A DNA stretch of 63,495 bases, filler included. It is 3 parts of 3 records of this genome, joined end to end, with 100 filler letters (N's around TTAATTAATTAA, not from the genome) between each part and the next. Parts side by side here need not be neighbours in the genome. Positions count along the whole stretch, not along the records: positions 47,968 to 63,495 come from SRR20825006_1551; 2 more parts are not named here. One strand, written 5' to 3'. The notes beneath the pieces were generated by a model that ran no database searches, was not told the origin of the DNA, and worked only from the letters and a program-made list of their open reading frames with translations. Positions 50,394-58,568 of the stretch are shown here, in pieces. The first letter of the stretch is position 1. Every line of letters starts with the position of its first letter. The position numbers were made by a program, and so were the translations under genes.

Positions 50394-51326
50394 ATGGAAG
50401 CGAGCGCGTTGGATGATGTGAACCTTCCCCCCCGAACAAAGCAAAGGCTCGGCGATCTATGCGAGCAGCTCGCGCGCACGCTGGGGGAGGACTTCGTCGG
50501 CGCGCTCCTGTATGGGAGCGCGGCGCGCGAGGACTGGGAAGAAGGCGCGAGTGACATCAACCTGATGATCGTCTCCAAGCGCGCGCAGCTCCAGCAATGC
50601 GCTTCGATCACGCGCGCCTTGCGAAAGGCGCAGCGCGCCTTGCCGCTGCACGCAGAGATCATCACGCCGCGAGATCTGCAACGCTCGGCGGATGTGTTCC
50701 CGCTCAAGTTTCTGGATATCCAACGCAATCACATGGTGCTCGTCGGCGAAGATCCTCTCGAGGGGGTCGAGATCGCCTGGGATCACTTGAGGCTTCGGGT
50801 CGAGCAGGAGCTCAAGAGCGTGATGTTCACCCTGCGACGCCACTACCTGATTTACGAGCAACAGCCCGACCAGTTGGTGCGCACGATGAGCGAACAACTG
50901 AGCGCGTTTCTGATTGGCCTCGGCGCGTTGATGTTCTTGCGCGATGGGCAGTGGTGGCTCTCCGGCAAGGAGACCATCGCGCGCGCGGTCCCGGAGAGCT
51001 TCGGACTCGATGAGGGGTTGATCGACAGCCTGCTGGCGTTGAAGCGGCGCGAGCTCGAGCTCGACCCGGAAGAGCTCCAGGTGCTCTATGGCGCATTTAT
51101 GATCGCCGCAGAAGAGGTCGCCGATATCGTCGACCGCCTGGGTGACGAGGAAGACTCGCGAGCGCAGGAGCAAGAAGACACCTCCTCCGCATCCTCGGAT
51201 ACGGAGGAGGAGGACACCACGCCCCTCGAGGAAGAAGGCGAACTGGTGATGCCAGTGGTCGAGCCGGAGATCGTCGAAGAAGACGCGCAGGATGAGCTGG
51301 CCGAAGTCTCACAGGAGGCCTCATGA
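50394..51326 (+). CDS. Pol-beta-like nucleotidyltransferase-domain protein with acidic tail
   Basis: Motifs LYGSAAR....SDINL, DVFP..F.DI...H..L.G.DP and LR...EQEL. Confidence 0.75.
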   Translation: MEASALDDVNLPPRTKQRLGDLCEQLARTLGEDFVGALLYGSAAREDWEEGASDINLMIVSKRAQLQQCASITRALRKAQRALPLHAEIITPRDLQRSADVFPLKFLDIQRNHMVLVGEDPLEGVEIAWDHLRLRVEQELKSVMFTLRRHYLIYEQQPDQLVRTMSEQLSAFLIGLGALMFLRDGQWWLSGKETIARAVPESFGLDEGLIDSLLALKRRELELDPEELQVLYGAFMIAAEEVADIVDRLGDEEDSRAQEQEDTSSASSDTEEEDTTPLEEEGELVMPVVEPEIVEEDAQDELAEVSQEAS

Positions 51327-52177
51327 GCATCATCTTCGAGAACGCGTTGGCGACGCTCGATGCTGGCGCCTACCTGGGCATCTACACCCTGGGGGTTGGT
51401 GCAGCAGCGGCGGCTTTGTTTATGCGCCGTCAGAAAAGCGACGAGACATTGGGGATGAGAGTCCCCGAGATCCCTGACGAGCTGGACGCTTACGAGTTGG
51501 CCTATCTGAACGGCGGCATCCGCGAGCTCTCGAGGTTGGTGGTCTTTGATCTGGCGCGTCGTGGCTGGCTCGAGATGTTCGAGGAGTCGAGCATGTTTGG
51601 CGATGATCACTATCTAAAGCGCGCCGCGGATCACCCTCCGGTGAATCTGCTCCGACCGATCGAGCGAGAGGTCTGGGATCTTATCGACGGGACGGTGTTG
51701 TTGAGCAACCTGATGGGGACCATCGATCTACCAGCGCACCTCGAACCGTTCGCCTCGGACTATCACACGCGGCTCTCCAAGAAGAAGATGATGCTCGATG
51801 ACCAGCAGCGATCCTCGGAAGAGACGCTCGCCGCAGGCGCGATGGTGGCCGTGATGGCGCCAGGCGTGTATCGGATGCTCATCGCGATGCAGGCGCGCAC
51901 CGAGGAGTGGCTCGCGTTTCTCATCTGGGCGCTGCTCTCGGGGTTGGTGGTGTGGTTTTGTGCCAGGCCGAGGTTTCGCACAGACCTCGGCGATCGCTAC
52001 CTCGATGTGTTGAGGCGTGAATTCGACGCGATGCGCGATCACATGCACATCTGGGGAGAGGCCGCCGCGGCGCACACCTCCACGCTTGCGGCGTTGTTTG
52101 GAGCGCGCTCCGTGCTCACGGGCACGGCGGCAGCAGAGCTCGAATACGCGCGCCGGAAAGCACAATCAAACCCGTGA
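51323..52177 (+). CDS. TIGR04222-domain membrane protein
   Basis: Motif LDAYELAYL.GG..R+...L...G.L, TM segments, RT..G..YL; ATGA overlap with the upstream gene. Confidence 0.7.
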   Translation: MSIIFENALATLDAGAYLGIYTLGVGAAAAALFMRRQKSDETLGMRVPEIPDELDAYELAYLNGGIRELSRLVVFDLARRGWLEMFEESSMFGDDHYLKRAADHPPVNLLRPIEREVWDLIDGTVLLSNLMGTIDLPAHLEPFASDYHTRLSKKKMMLDDQQRSSEETLAAGAMVAVMAPGVYRMLIAMQARTEEWLAFLIWALLSGLVVWFCARPRFRTDLGDRYLDVLRREFDAMRDHMHIWGEAAAAHTSTLAALFGARSVLTGTAAAELEYARRKAQSNP

Positions 52178-52312
52178 GTAGCGGCTCTTCCTCGGATTTG
52201 ATATACATCCAACGAGCCCACAGCCAATCACGACGTGCGCATCAGGTATCAATGTCGCCTGAGCATCACACCTTGCCGCCCGTCCAACCCCGAAATCAGG
52301 AGCGAGAAGTTC

Positions 52313-53623
52313 ATGGCCGAAGAGATCCTGCTCGACTACAAGATCAACCGCCCCAATGTCTCGACCGAGCGCCAGGAAACCGACCTCAAGGTGCTGCTCA
52401 AGATCAACGCCTCGAACGCGCTGCGCGCCGGTGGCGGCGAGGTCGAGCTCTCCTCGCACATCGCGCTGGTGTTGGACGTCTCTTCCTCGATGCGCTCGCG
52501 TGAGCTCGACGCGCTCAAGCAGGCTGCCAAGGCCGCCGTCGCCGAGCTTCGCCCTGGCGACTTCGTGACCGTGATCGCCTTCCAGTCGGTGGCCTACGAG
52601 ATCGTGGAGCCAACCCGCATCGAGAGCCCTTCGACCAAGGCCGCCATCTCCTCCAAGATCGAGATCATCGATCAGTACCAGGGTGGCGGCACGGATATGG
52701 AGCACGCGCTCACGAAAGCGGAGCACGCGCTCACGGTGATTCCTGGCGACAACCTCGTGCGACGCATCATGGTGTTCACCGATGGCCAAGTGACGGGCGT
52801 GCCAGAGAGCTGCCTGGATCGCGCGCGTGAAATTAGCGGGCGCGGCTTTGGCATCGACGCGATGGGCTTCGGGCAAGAGTTCGACTACAAGTTCATGCAG
52901 CGCCTCGTCTCGTTCTCCAACGGGTACACCGAGAAGATCGATCGCCCCGAGGAGATCGCGCAGGTCTTCGCCAGACGCGTCAAGGCGGTGACCTCCTCGA
53001 TCGCAAAGAACGTCAGGCTAGACCTGACGTTCACACCGCAGGTGCGCGCGAAGCGTGGGTATCGCTATAGCCCCGAGATCGCCTACCTCGGCAAGATCAA
53101 GCTCCCCGGTGACGCGCGCACGATCTCGATCCCGATCGGAGAGGTCGAGAAGGACAAGGAGTACGCCTACCTGGTGAGCCTGACGATCCCCAAGCGAGAG
53201 GCGGGCAACATCCGCGTCATCAAGGCGGAGTTGTTCTATGACATCCCATCGATGCAGATCGAGGGAGGCAACAGCTTGCAGTCCGTGATCGTGAACTACA
53301 CGGGTGACGCGCAGCTGGTCAACGAGCTCAACGGCGAGGCCGAGCGAGCCTTCGACGAGGTCGAGATCGGTCGCCTGGTGGAAGGTCTCGATCGCGCCAT
53401 GGAGCGCAACGAGTCGAGCGACGTGGCCAAGTTCTTCGACGCCCTGAGCGAGCGTTACCGCGAGCTCGGCGATGATGACATGTCGGACCACTACATCCAG
53501 CTCAAGAACAAGTACGCCGCGCAAGGGATGATCTCTCAGGAGGACATGAACTTCACGCGTCACAAGGCCACGCAGAAGCGCTCGAGCGGTGTTCAGCTCG
53601 TCGATGCGTCGAGCCTGATCTAG
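52313..53623 (+). CDS. von Willebrand factor A domain protein
   Basis: MIDAS DVSSSM, GGTDM, FTDG, GFG.EFD. ATG 52313 has an AGGAG RBS. Confidence 0.9.
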   Translation: MAEEILLDYKINRPNVSTERQETDLKVLLKINASNALRAGGGEVELSSHIALVLDVSSSMRSRELDALKQAAKAAVAELRPGDFVTVIAFQSVAYEIVEPTRIESPSTKAAISSKIEIIDQYQGGGTDMEHALTKAEHALTVIPGDNLVRRIMVFTDGQVTGVPESCLDRAREISGRGFGIDAMGFGQEFDYKFMQRLVSFSNGYTEKIDRPEEIAQVFARRVKAVTSSIAKNVRLDLTFTPQVRAKRGYRYSPEIAYLGKIKLPGDARTISIPIGEVEKDKEYAYLVSLTIPKREAGNIRVIKAELFYDIPSMQIEGGNSLQSVIVNYTGDAQLVNELNGEAERAFDEVEIGRLVEGLDRAMERNESSDVAKFFDALSERYRELGDDDMSDHYIQLKNKYAAQGMISQEDMNFTRHKATQKRSSGVQLVDASSLI

Positions 53624-53717
53624 AGCCGCGCCAAACCCGAAGCAAGCAAGCAAACCACTTTCCCCTCGTATCATCGCGCGGCTGCAGCGTCGTCGCGCAA
53701 GACAGGAGTCAAACGAC

Positions 53718-54851
53718 ATGTCCGATTTCATCACTTGCCCTGTGTGTGAGACCGCGAACCAACCGGACGCGACCAACTGCGAGGTCTGTGGCGAGCGCCT
53801 CGCGCCCTTGCAGCCTGGCGAAGAGCTCAACCCTGAAGAGAACGTCTCGGCGATGCTCGCCGCACAGGCAGAGGAGGCAGCCGCTGCACCTCAGCCCGCC
53901 GAAGAGCCTGTGCCCATGGCGAGTGGTTTCGACGTCGATGATGAGGATGACTACGATCCGATCGCCGAGGGCGACGCCCCTGTAGACACCATGATGGAAG
54001 AAGCTCCAGCGGCACCGGCGGCTGACGAGGAGTTGATGGGGATCGATCCTGTGGACGAGCCCGTCTCGTTCTACGGTGATGACGCTCCAGACGTCCTCTA
54101 CTCTCCCACGACCGGCGAGGCATATCCCAAGGGAACCGCCGAGTACGAGGAAGGTTTCGGGCCGATGGGCGAGCAGCTCGTGGCGACCCCACCCGCTCAG
54201 GCCGCCGAGGCCGAGGCGGTGCAGCAACCAGAAGCCGAGGAGCAAGCATCCTTCGAGGGTGGTTATGACGATGAGGACGATCTGAGCCTCGCGCCATCGA
54301 CTGACCCCGAAGACGAAGAGCCATCACTCGTGGGCTTCGATGGTGATGACACCGGCGAAGAAGAGGCGCCATCGTTCGATGATGACGATGAGCTCGACGC
54401 AGGTGTTGTCCCAGCGGGCGCGACCACAGATGTCGACCCCGCAGAGGTCGAGAAGGCGAACCCCTTCCGCGTCTCCGGGCCAAACCCGGCGGTGGTGTTG
54501 CCAAAGCCTGGCACTTACGCAGAGCCCGCCTCGGTGACGCTTTATTACCAGAAGCAACCTGTGCTCACGCACGACATCGAGACTGACGAGACCTTGATCG
54601 GGCGCAAGGATATCCGCGCGGATATCTACCCCGACATCGACCTCTCGCAGTATGACCCGGAGTCTTTTGTCTCGCGCAAGCACGCCTACATCTACAGGCA
54701 GAACAAGAACTATACGCTGTACGCGATCTCCAACGGTGGCGTGCAGCTCAACAGCGATCTGCTCGAGCTGGGCGACAAGCGCCAGCTCTCGGACGGGGAC
54801 GTGATCGTGATCGCGGGCTTCCTCGCGTTTAAATTCTCCAAAGGCGCCTGA
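53718..54851 (+). CDS. zinc ribbon - long acidic linker - FHA domain protein
   Basis: N-terminal CPVC...CEVCG, D/E/P-rich middle, FHA IGR...PDIDL...VSRKHA...SNGG. Confidence 0.88.
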   Translation: MSDFITCPVCETANQPDATNCEVCGERLAPLQPGEELNPEENVSAMLAAQAEEAAAAPQPAEEPVPMASGFDVDDEDDYDPIAEGDAPVDTMMEEAPAAPAADEELMGIDPVDEPVSFYGDDAPDVLYSPTTGEAYPKGTAEYEEGFGPMGEQLVATPPAQAAEAEAVQQPEAEEQASFEGGYDDEDDLSLAPSTDPEDEEPSLVGFDGDDTGEEEAPSFDDDDELDAGVVPAGATTDVDPAEVEKANPFRVSGPNPAVVLPKPGTYAEPASVTLYYQKQPVLTHDIETDETLIGRKDIRADIYPDIDLSQYDPESFVSRKHAYIYRQNKNYTLYAISNGGVQLNSDLLELGDKRQLSDGDVIVIAGFLAFKFSKGA

Positions 54852-54863
54852 TAGGTTCAGTTC

Positions 54864-55838
54864 ATGCCAAGCTTTCCTTTCAAGCTCGGAGCCGGTGGCC
54901 GGTATCAGGTCGAGCGCGTCTTCGCGGACAGTGGCGGGATGGGCATCCTCTACCACGCTCGCGATACGCGATGCGCGGGTAACGAGGTCCTGATCAAGAC
55001 GACGCGATACGACGGCGGCGAGCACGCGCGCCACTTTCGTTACACGCGCGATGAGGCGGTCAAGCACGTCGAGGCCACGCGTAAGATCCTCGAGTGGGAG
55101 AAGAAGGTCCTCGCGCGCTTTCGCGGCGAGGGCTTGAACAACCTCCCCTCCCCCAATGACTTCTTCTATGACAGGAGCTCCACGTTGGAGCCTCGTTACG
55201 AGGGCCAGCATGGTGCCTTCGCGCTCTCGGACGATTTGCTCGGGAGCGAACCTTACCTGGTGATGGAGAAGATCCATGGCGAGGTGCTCGAGAATGTCAT
55301 GGGAGATGACGCGTGGCGCGAGCGGTTGGAGTGGCGGTTGCTGACGATGAGTCGGGAGCTGCTCACGATCTTTATCAAGATCCACAAACGCATCGACATC
55401 AACGGTCGGCCAGCCTGCTTTATTTATCAGGACCTCAAGCCTGCAAACATCCTGGTCTCGGCCACGGATTACTTCACGCTGATCGACTTCGGCGCGGTCA
55501 CGCTAAAGCTCGGCGAGAAGACCACCGAGCCGACCGCGGGCTGTATCACGCCGGGTTACGCAGCGCCCGAGGCGTCGCACGGACGCGAGGCGCAGATCGA
55601 CCCGAGGTTTGACCTCTACACGCTCGGCGCGACGCTCTGGCAAGCGGTCACGTTGCAGGACCCTCGCGAGATGGGCGAGGACTTCCCCACGCTCGATCCG
55701 AAGGCGATGATGGGCAAGGGTGTCTCGGGCGACTTCATCACGCTCGTCGCCAAGGCGCTCTCTCGCGATCCCGAGCAGCGCTATTCGATGGCGGCGACGA
55801 TGCGCAAGGACGTGATGAACCTGCTGCGAAACTTCTAG
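54864..55838 (+). CDS. Hanks-type Ser/Thr protein kinase (soluble, non-RD)
   Basis: Motifs GGMG, VLIK, YQDLKPANI, DFG, TPGYAAPE and DLYTLG. Confidence 0.93.
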   Translation: MPSFPFKLGAGGRYQVERVFADSGGMGILYHARDTRCAGNEVLIKTTRYDGGEHARHFRYTRDEAVKHVEATRKILEWEKKVLARFRGEGLNNLPSPNDFFYDRSSTLEPRYEGQHGAFALSDDLLGSEPYLVMEKIHGEVLENVMGDDAWRERLEWRLLTMSRELLTIFIKIHKRIDINGRPACFIYQDLKPANILVSATDYFTLIDFGAVTLKLGEKTTEPTAGCITPGYAAPEASHGREAQIDPRFDLYTLGATLWQAVTLQDPREMGEDFPTLDPKAMMGKGVSGDFITLVAKALSRDPEQRYSMAATMRKDVMNLLRNF

Positions 55839-55850
55839 GACATTGTTCCA

Positions 55851-55935
55851 AGGCATCACGACGACAAGAAAGAGAAGAGGCGACGCTGTTTTCGAAACAA
55901 CGTCGCCTCTTCTCTTTCTTGCTGTCGTGATGCCT
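55851..55935. repeat. ~85-bp near-perfect palindrome (likely bidirectional terminator)
   Basis: AGGCATCACGAC..CAAGAAAGAGAAGAGGCGACG.TGTTT pairs with AAACA.CGTCGCCTCTTCTCTTTCTTG..GTCGTGATGCCT. Confidence 0.85.
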
Positions 55936-55954
55936 GACTGGCAGTGCCTTTAAA

Positions 55955-57043
55955 TCAAAGGCTCGCCTGACTCTTCATCTCGTTCTCCGAGAGGATGATC
56001 TCGACGCGGCGGTTGTTTGCGCGGCCTTCTGGCGTGTCATTGGTCGCGATGGGCTGAGACTCACCCGCGCCGATCGCTTTGACGCGATCCTGGGGCACTC
56101 CTTGAGACACGAGGTAGGTCATCACGCTCGTGGCGCGCGCCCTGGAGAGCGCCATATTATCACTGGTGTCACCGCGTGAGTCGGTGTGACCCTCGATGGT
56201 GATGTACTTGTCCTCGTGTTCTTTGAGGACGGCGGCGACCTGGTCGAGCTTGCGCTGCGCGGTCGGCATCAGGTTGGACTCACCAGTCTTGAAGAGCACC
56301 GAGCCGTTGAGCGTGATCACCATGCGTGATTGCTCTTCCTTGACCTTGGCGATCTCGACGAGCTCTTCGCGAGCATCGGAGAGTTCAGCCTTGAGCTCCT
56401 TGCGAGCCTTCTCGGCTTCCTGGAGCTTCTCGGCGGTTGCCGAGAGGCGCTGCTCCTTGGCGGCGAGCTCCTTCTCCATCTGATTGATTTGAGCTTCACT
56501 GAGCTCGCCCTTCTCCTTGGCTTCTTCGAGCTTGGCACGCGCCGCGCTCAATTCACCCTCGGCGGAGGCGTACTTGTCGCGAGCGCTCTCGAGCTCCTGC
56601 TCGGTCATGATCTTGGCGACCTTCTCGCGCTGGTAGGCGCTCTTGTACGCCTGGCGCTTGCGCTCGGACTCGTCGATGAGCTGCTCTTTCTTCTTTGCCT
56701 GCATCTGCTCGGCCTTGCGCGTCTCTGCGATCACGCTCGCCTCGACGGCCTTACGCTGTGCGATGTAGGCATAGGTCCTGGTACTCTCCTCGTCGCCCTT
56801 CTTGTCGAACTCCGCCTCGGCCTTTTGGAGCGCGAGCTCTGCCTTGCGAAGCTCTGCGGCAGCGTACTGCTTGGTCACGGAGTCTTGCGCGACGCTATCG
56901 TAGGTCGAGCGTGCTTGCTCGAGCTCGTCGGGCGCGGTCGCACATGCAGCGAGCATCATGGCGCAGGTCGCCATCGCTCCGGCGCCGAGTGCGCGAGTGA
57001 GGTTCTTCTTCAGGTTCTTTGTATCCATCAATCCGTTCAACAT
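55955..57043 (-). CDS. OmpA-family lipoprotein with DUF4398 and coiled coil
   Basis: Lipobox LAAC, DUF4398-like helices, coiled coil, OmpA_C (VLF..G, EGHTDS.G, N..LS..RA, GRA.NRRVEI). Confidence 0.92.
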   Translation of the reverse strand: MLNGLMDTKNLKKNLTRALGAGAMATCAMMLAACATAPDELEQARSTYDSVAQDSVTKQYAAAELRKAELALQKAEAEFDKKGDEESTRTYAYIAQRKAVEASVIAETRKAEQMQAKKKEQLIDESERKRQAYKSAYQREKVAKIMTEQELESARDKYASAEGELSAARAKLEEAKEKGELSEAQINQMEKELAAKEQRLSATAEKLQEAEKARKELKAELSDAREELVEIAKVKEEQSRMVITLNGSVLFKTGESNLMPTAQRKLDQVAAVLKEHEDKYITIEGHTDSRGDTSDNMALSRARATSVMTYLVSQGVPQDRVKAIGAGESQPIATNDTPEGRANNRRVEIILSENEMKSQASL

Positions 57044-57186
57044 TTCGATTCCTCATCTATGCTTCTCGGAGGAGAGATGCGCCAGGGCGCGCCAGCTCGC
57101 TCCGTGTTGTTTCTATCGCAGGTCCTTCATGATCCTGGCTTTAAGCGATGCGCTCACCGTCAGGATCATGAGTGGCGCTGTGCGTC

Positions 57187-57549
57187 TTAGAGGGACTCGG
57201 AGCGAAGCTCGTCGATGCGAGCCTCGAGCTTCTCGAGGTCTTGCTTGGTGGAGGCGCGTTCGGCGTAGGCGAGCGCGAGCTCGGCGTCAGCTTCGGCGCG
57301 GTCGAGGTAGTAGCGTGCTCGGTCGTGCTCTTCTTCGGCGATGAGCTTGTCTGCGTGCTCGAGGTTCTCCTCGGCGTACTGCATGTAAAGCGACGCCTGT
57401 TGATTCTCGGTCGTACCGACCTGACGAGCCGCCGCGAGCGTCTCGCGAGGCTCGGAGTATTCCTTCGACGTCACCGACGGAGACGCGCACCCCGAAGCAA
57501 CGAGCAAAACCAACGAACCACCAGCAACCATTCGATTAAGATCAAACAT
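57187..57549 (-). CDS. DUF4398 lipoprotein
   Basis: Lipobox ASGC and motif A..YL.RAEADAELALA. ATG 57549 has a GAGGAG RBS. Typical partner upstream of the OmpA gene. Confidence 0.8.
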   Translation of the reverse strand: MFDLNRMVAGGSLVLLVASGCASPSVTSKEYSEPRETLAAARQVGTTENQQASLYMQYAEENLEHADKLIAEEEHDRARYYLDRAEADAELALAYAERASTKQDLEKLEARIDELRSESL

Positions 57550-57779
57550 TCCATTCTCCTCATCATCTATCACGAATGCAGGAAGTGCGCTGTTTTCAAC
57601 GCGTTCCTCACATCCCATCGTGCTCACCAGAGATCGTAAAGACGCACAATGGCACAACAAGAACTTTTTTCTGGAATAGGCTCCTCGGGCAGCATTCAAG
57701 GGCCTATCCGCGCATTCACACGAGATCAGGATCGCCAGTCCGAGGGAGGGCTTTTGATGGATTTTGCGGCAAGCGGCGC

Positions 57780-57862
57780 ACGAAAATAGGGAGCGCGCCA
57801 TTTCTGAGCGCTGGTGCAGATAGACACCCAGCGTTCAGAAATGGCGCGCTCCCTATTTTCGT
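57780..57862. repeat. 83-bp palindrome (35-bp arms, 1 mismatch)
   Basis: ACGAAAATAGGGAGCGCGCCATTTCTGAGCGCTGG and CCAGCGTTCAGAAATGGCGCGCTCCCTATTTTCGT. Confidence 0.9.
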
Positions 57863-57905
57863 TCAGCAGCGTCGCGATGCGGCGAGACAGCGCTCACACC
57901 GAGAG

Positions 57906-58370
57906 CTACACCAGGAGGTCTCTCGAGCGCTCGAGGTATGGTGAGATGAGTTCTGCCACGTGTTTGGTGAGGTGATCCTGTGAGACACTCACGAGGGTGG
58001 AGAAGGCGAAGTCGATCGCCTCGGTCTCGAGGTAGGAGTGCAGGATCGGTCGAAGCCAGCTCAGGAGCTTCTCGTCGAGATAGCGCAGATCATCGAGGAC
58101 GTACGCCATCGACGCGTAGCGAAGCACGAGGCGCAGATCCCGCACACCGCTGGGGCTGGTCTCCCTGTGGCGCTGGGCGACCATGGGGAAGCGTTTGTAG
58201 AAGATGTCGAGGGTGTCTTCGAGGATGGCGCCCTCGCTCTTGGCGAGCTCGTTCATCAGGTCAAAGCGTCGAGGAAGTTCGGAGACGAAGTCGATGATGA
58301 CTTCTTGAGCTTCTCTCTCGAGGTACTCCCCCTCTGCGCGTGCGATCATGGAGTTTAGAAGGTGGTTCAT
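57906..58370 (-). CDS. phycobiliprotein (allophycocyanin-like globin fold) homolog without chromophore Cys
   Basis: 154 aa. AEGEYL corresponds to AD..GRYL; RDLRLVLRYASMAYVLDD..YLDE.LL.WLR is the phycobilisome-family core; ends ..PYL. Start ATG 58370 has a GAGG RBS. Confidence 0.75.
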   Translation of the reverse strand: MNHLLNSMIARAEGEYLEREAQEVIIDFVSELPRRFDLMNELAKSEGAILEDTLDIFYKRFPMVAQRHRETSPSGVRDLRLVLRYASMAYVLDDLRYLDEKLLSWLRPILHSYLETEAIDFAFSTLVSVSQDHLTKHVAELISPYLERSRDLLV

Positions 58371-58503
58371 AGCCTCGAGGGGGCGAGCGAATTGTTGCAA
58401 AGACAACCTTTTCTCCAACAAGTGTACGCACGCATCCGCCCAAGTTACAAGTGAATCTGATTTAAGCGCCGTCGAACTCTAGAGCGGGACTCTCGATAAA
58501 CAC

Positions 58504-58535
58504 AAAAAACCGCGCCTCGGAAAAGGCGCGGTTTT
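58504..58535 (-). terminator. rho-independent terminator after nuoN
   Basis: AAAACCGCGCCT...AGGCGCGGTTTT with U-run on the minus strand. Confidence 0.85.
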
Positions 58536-58568
58536 GGATAGCGTTGCTGCTCCAGTGGAGCTTGTATC

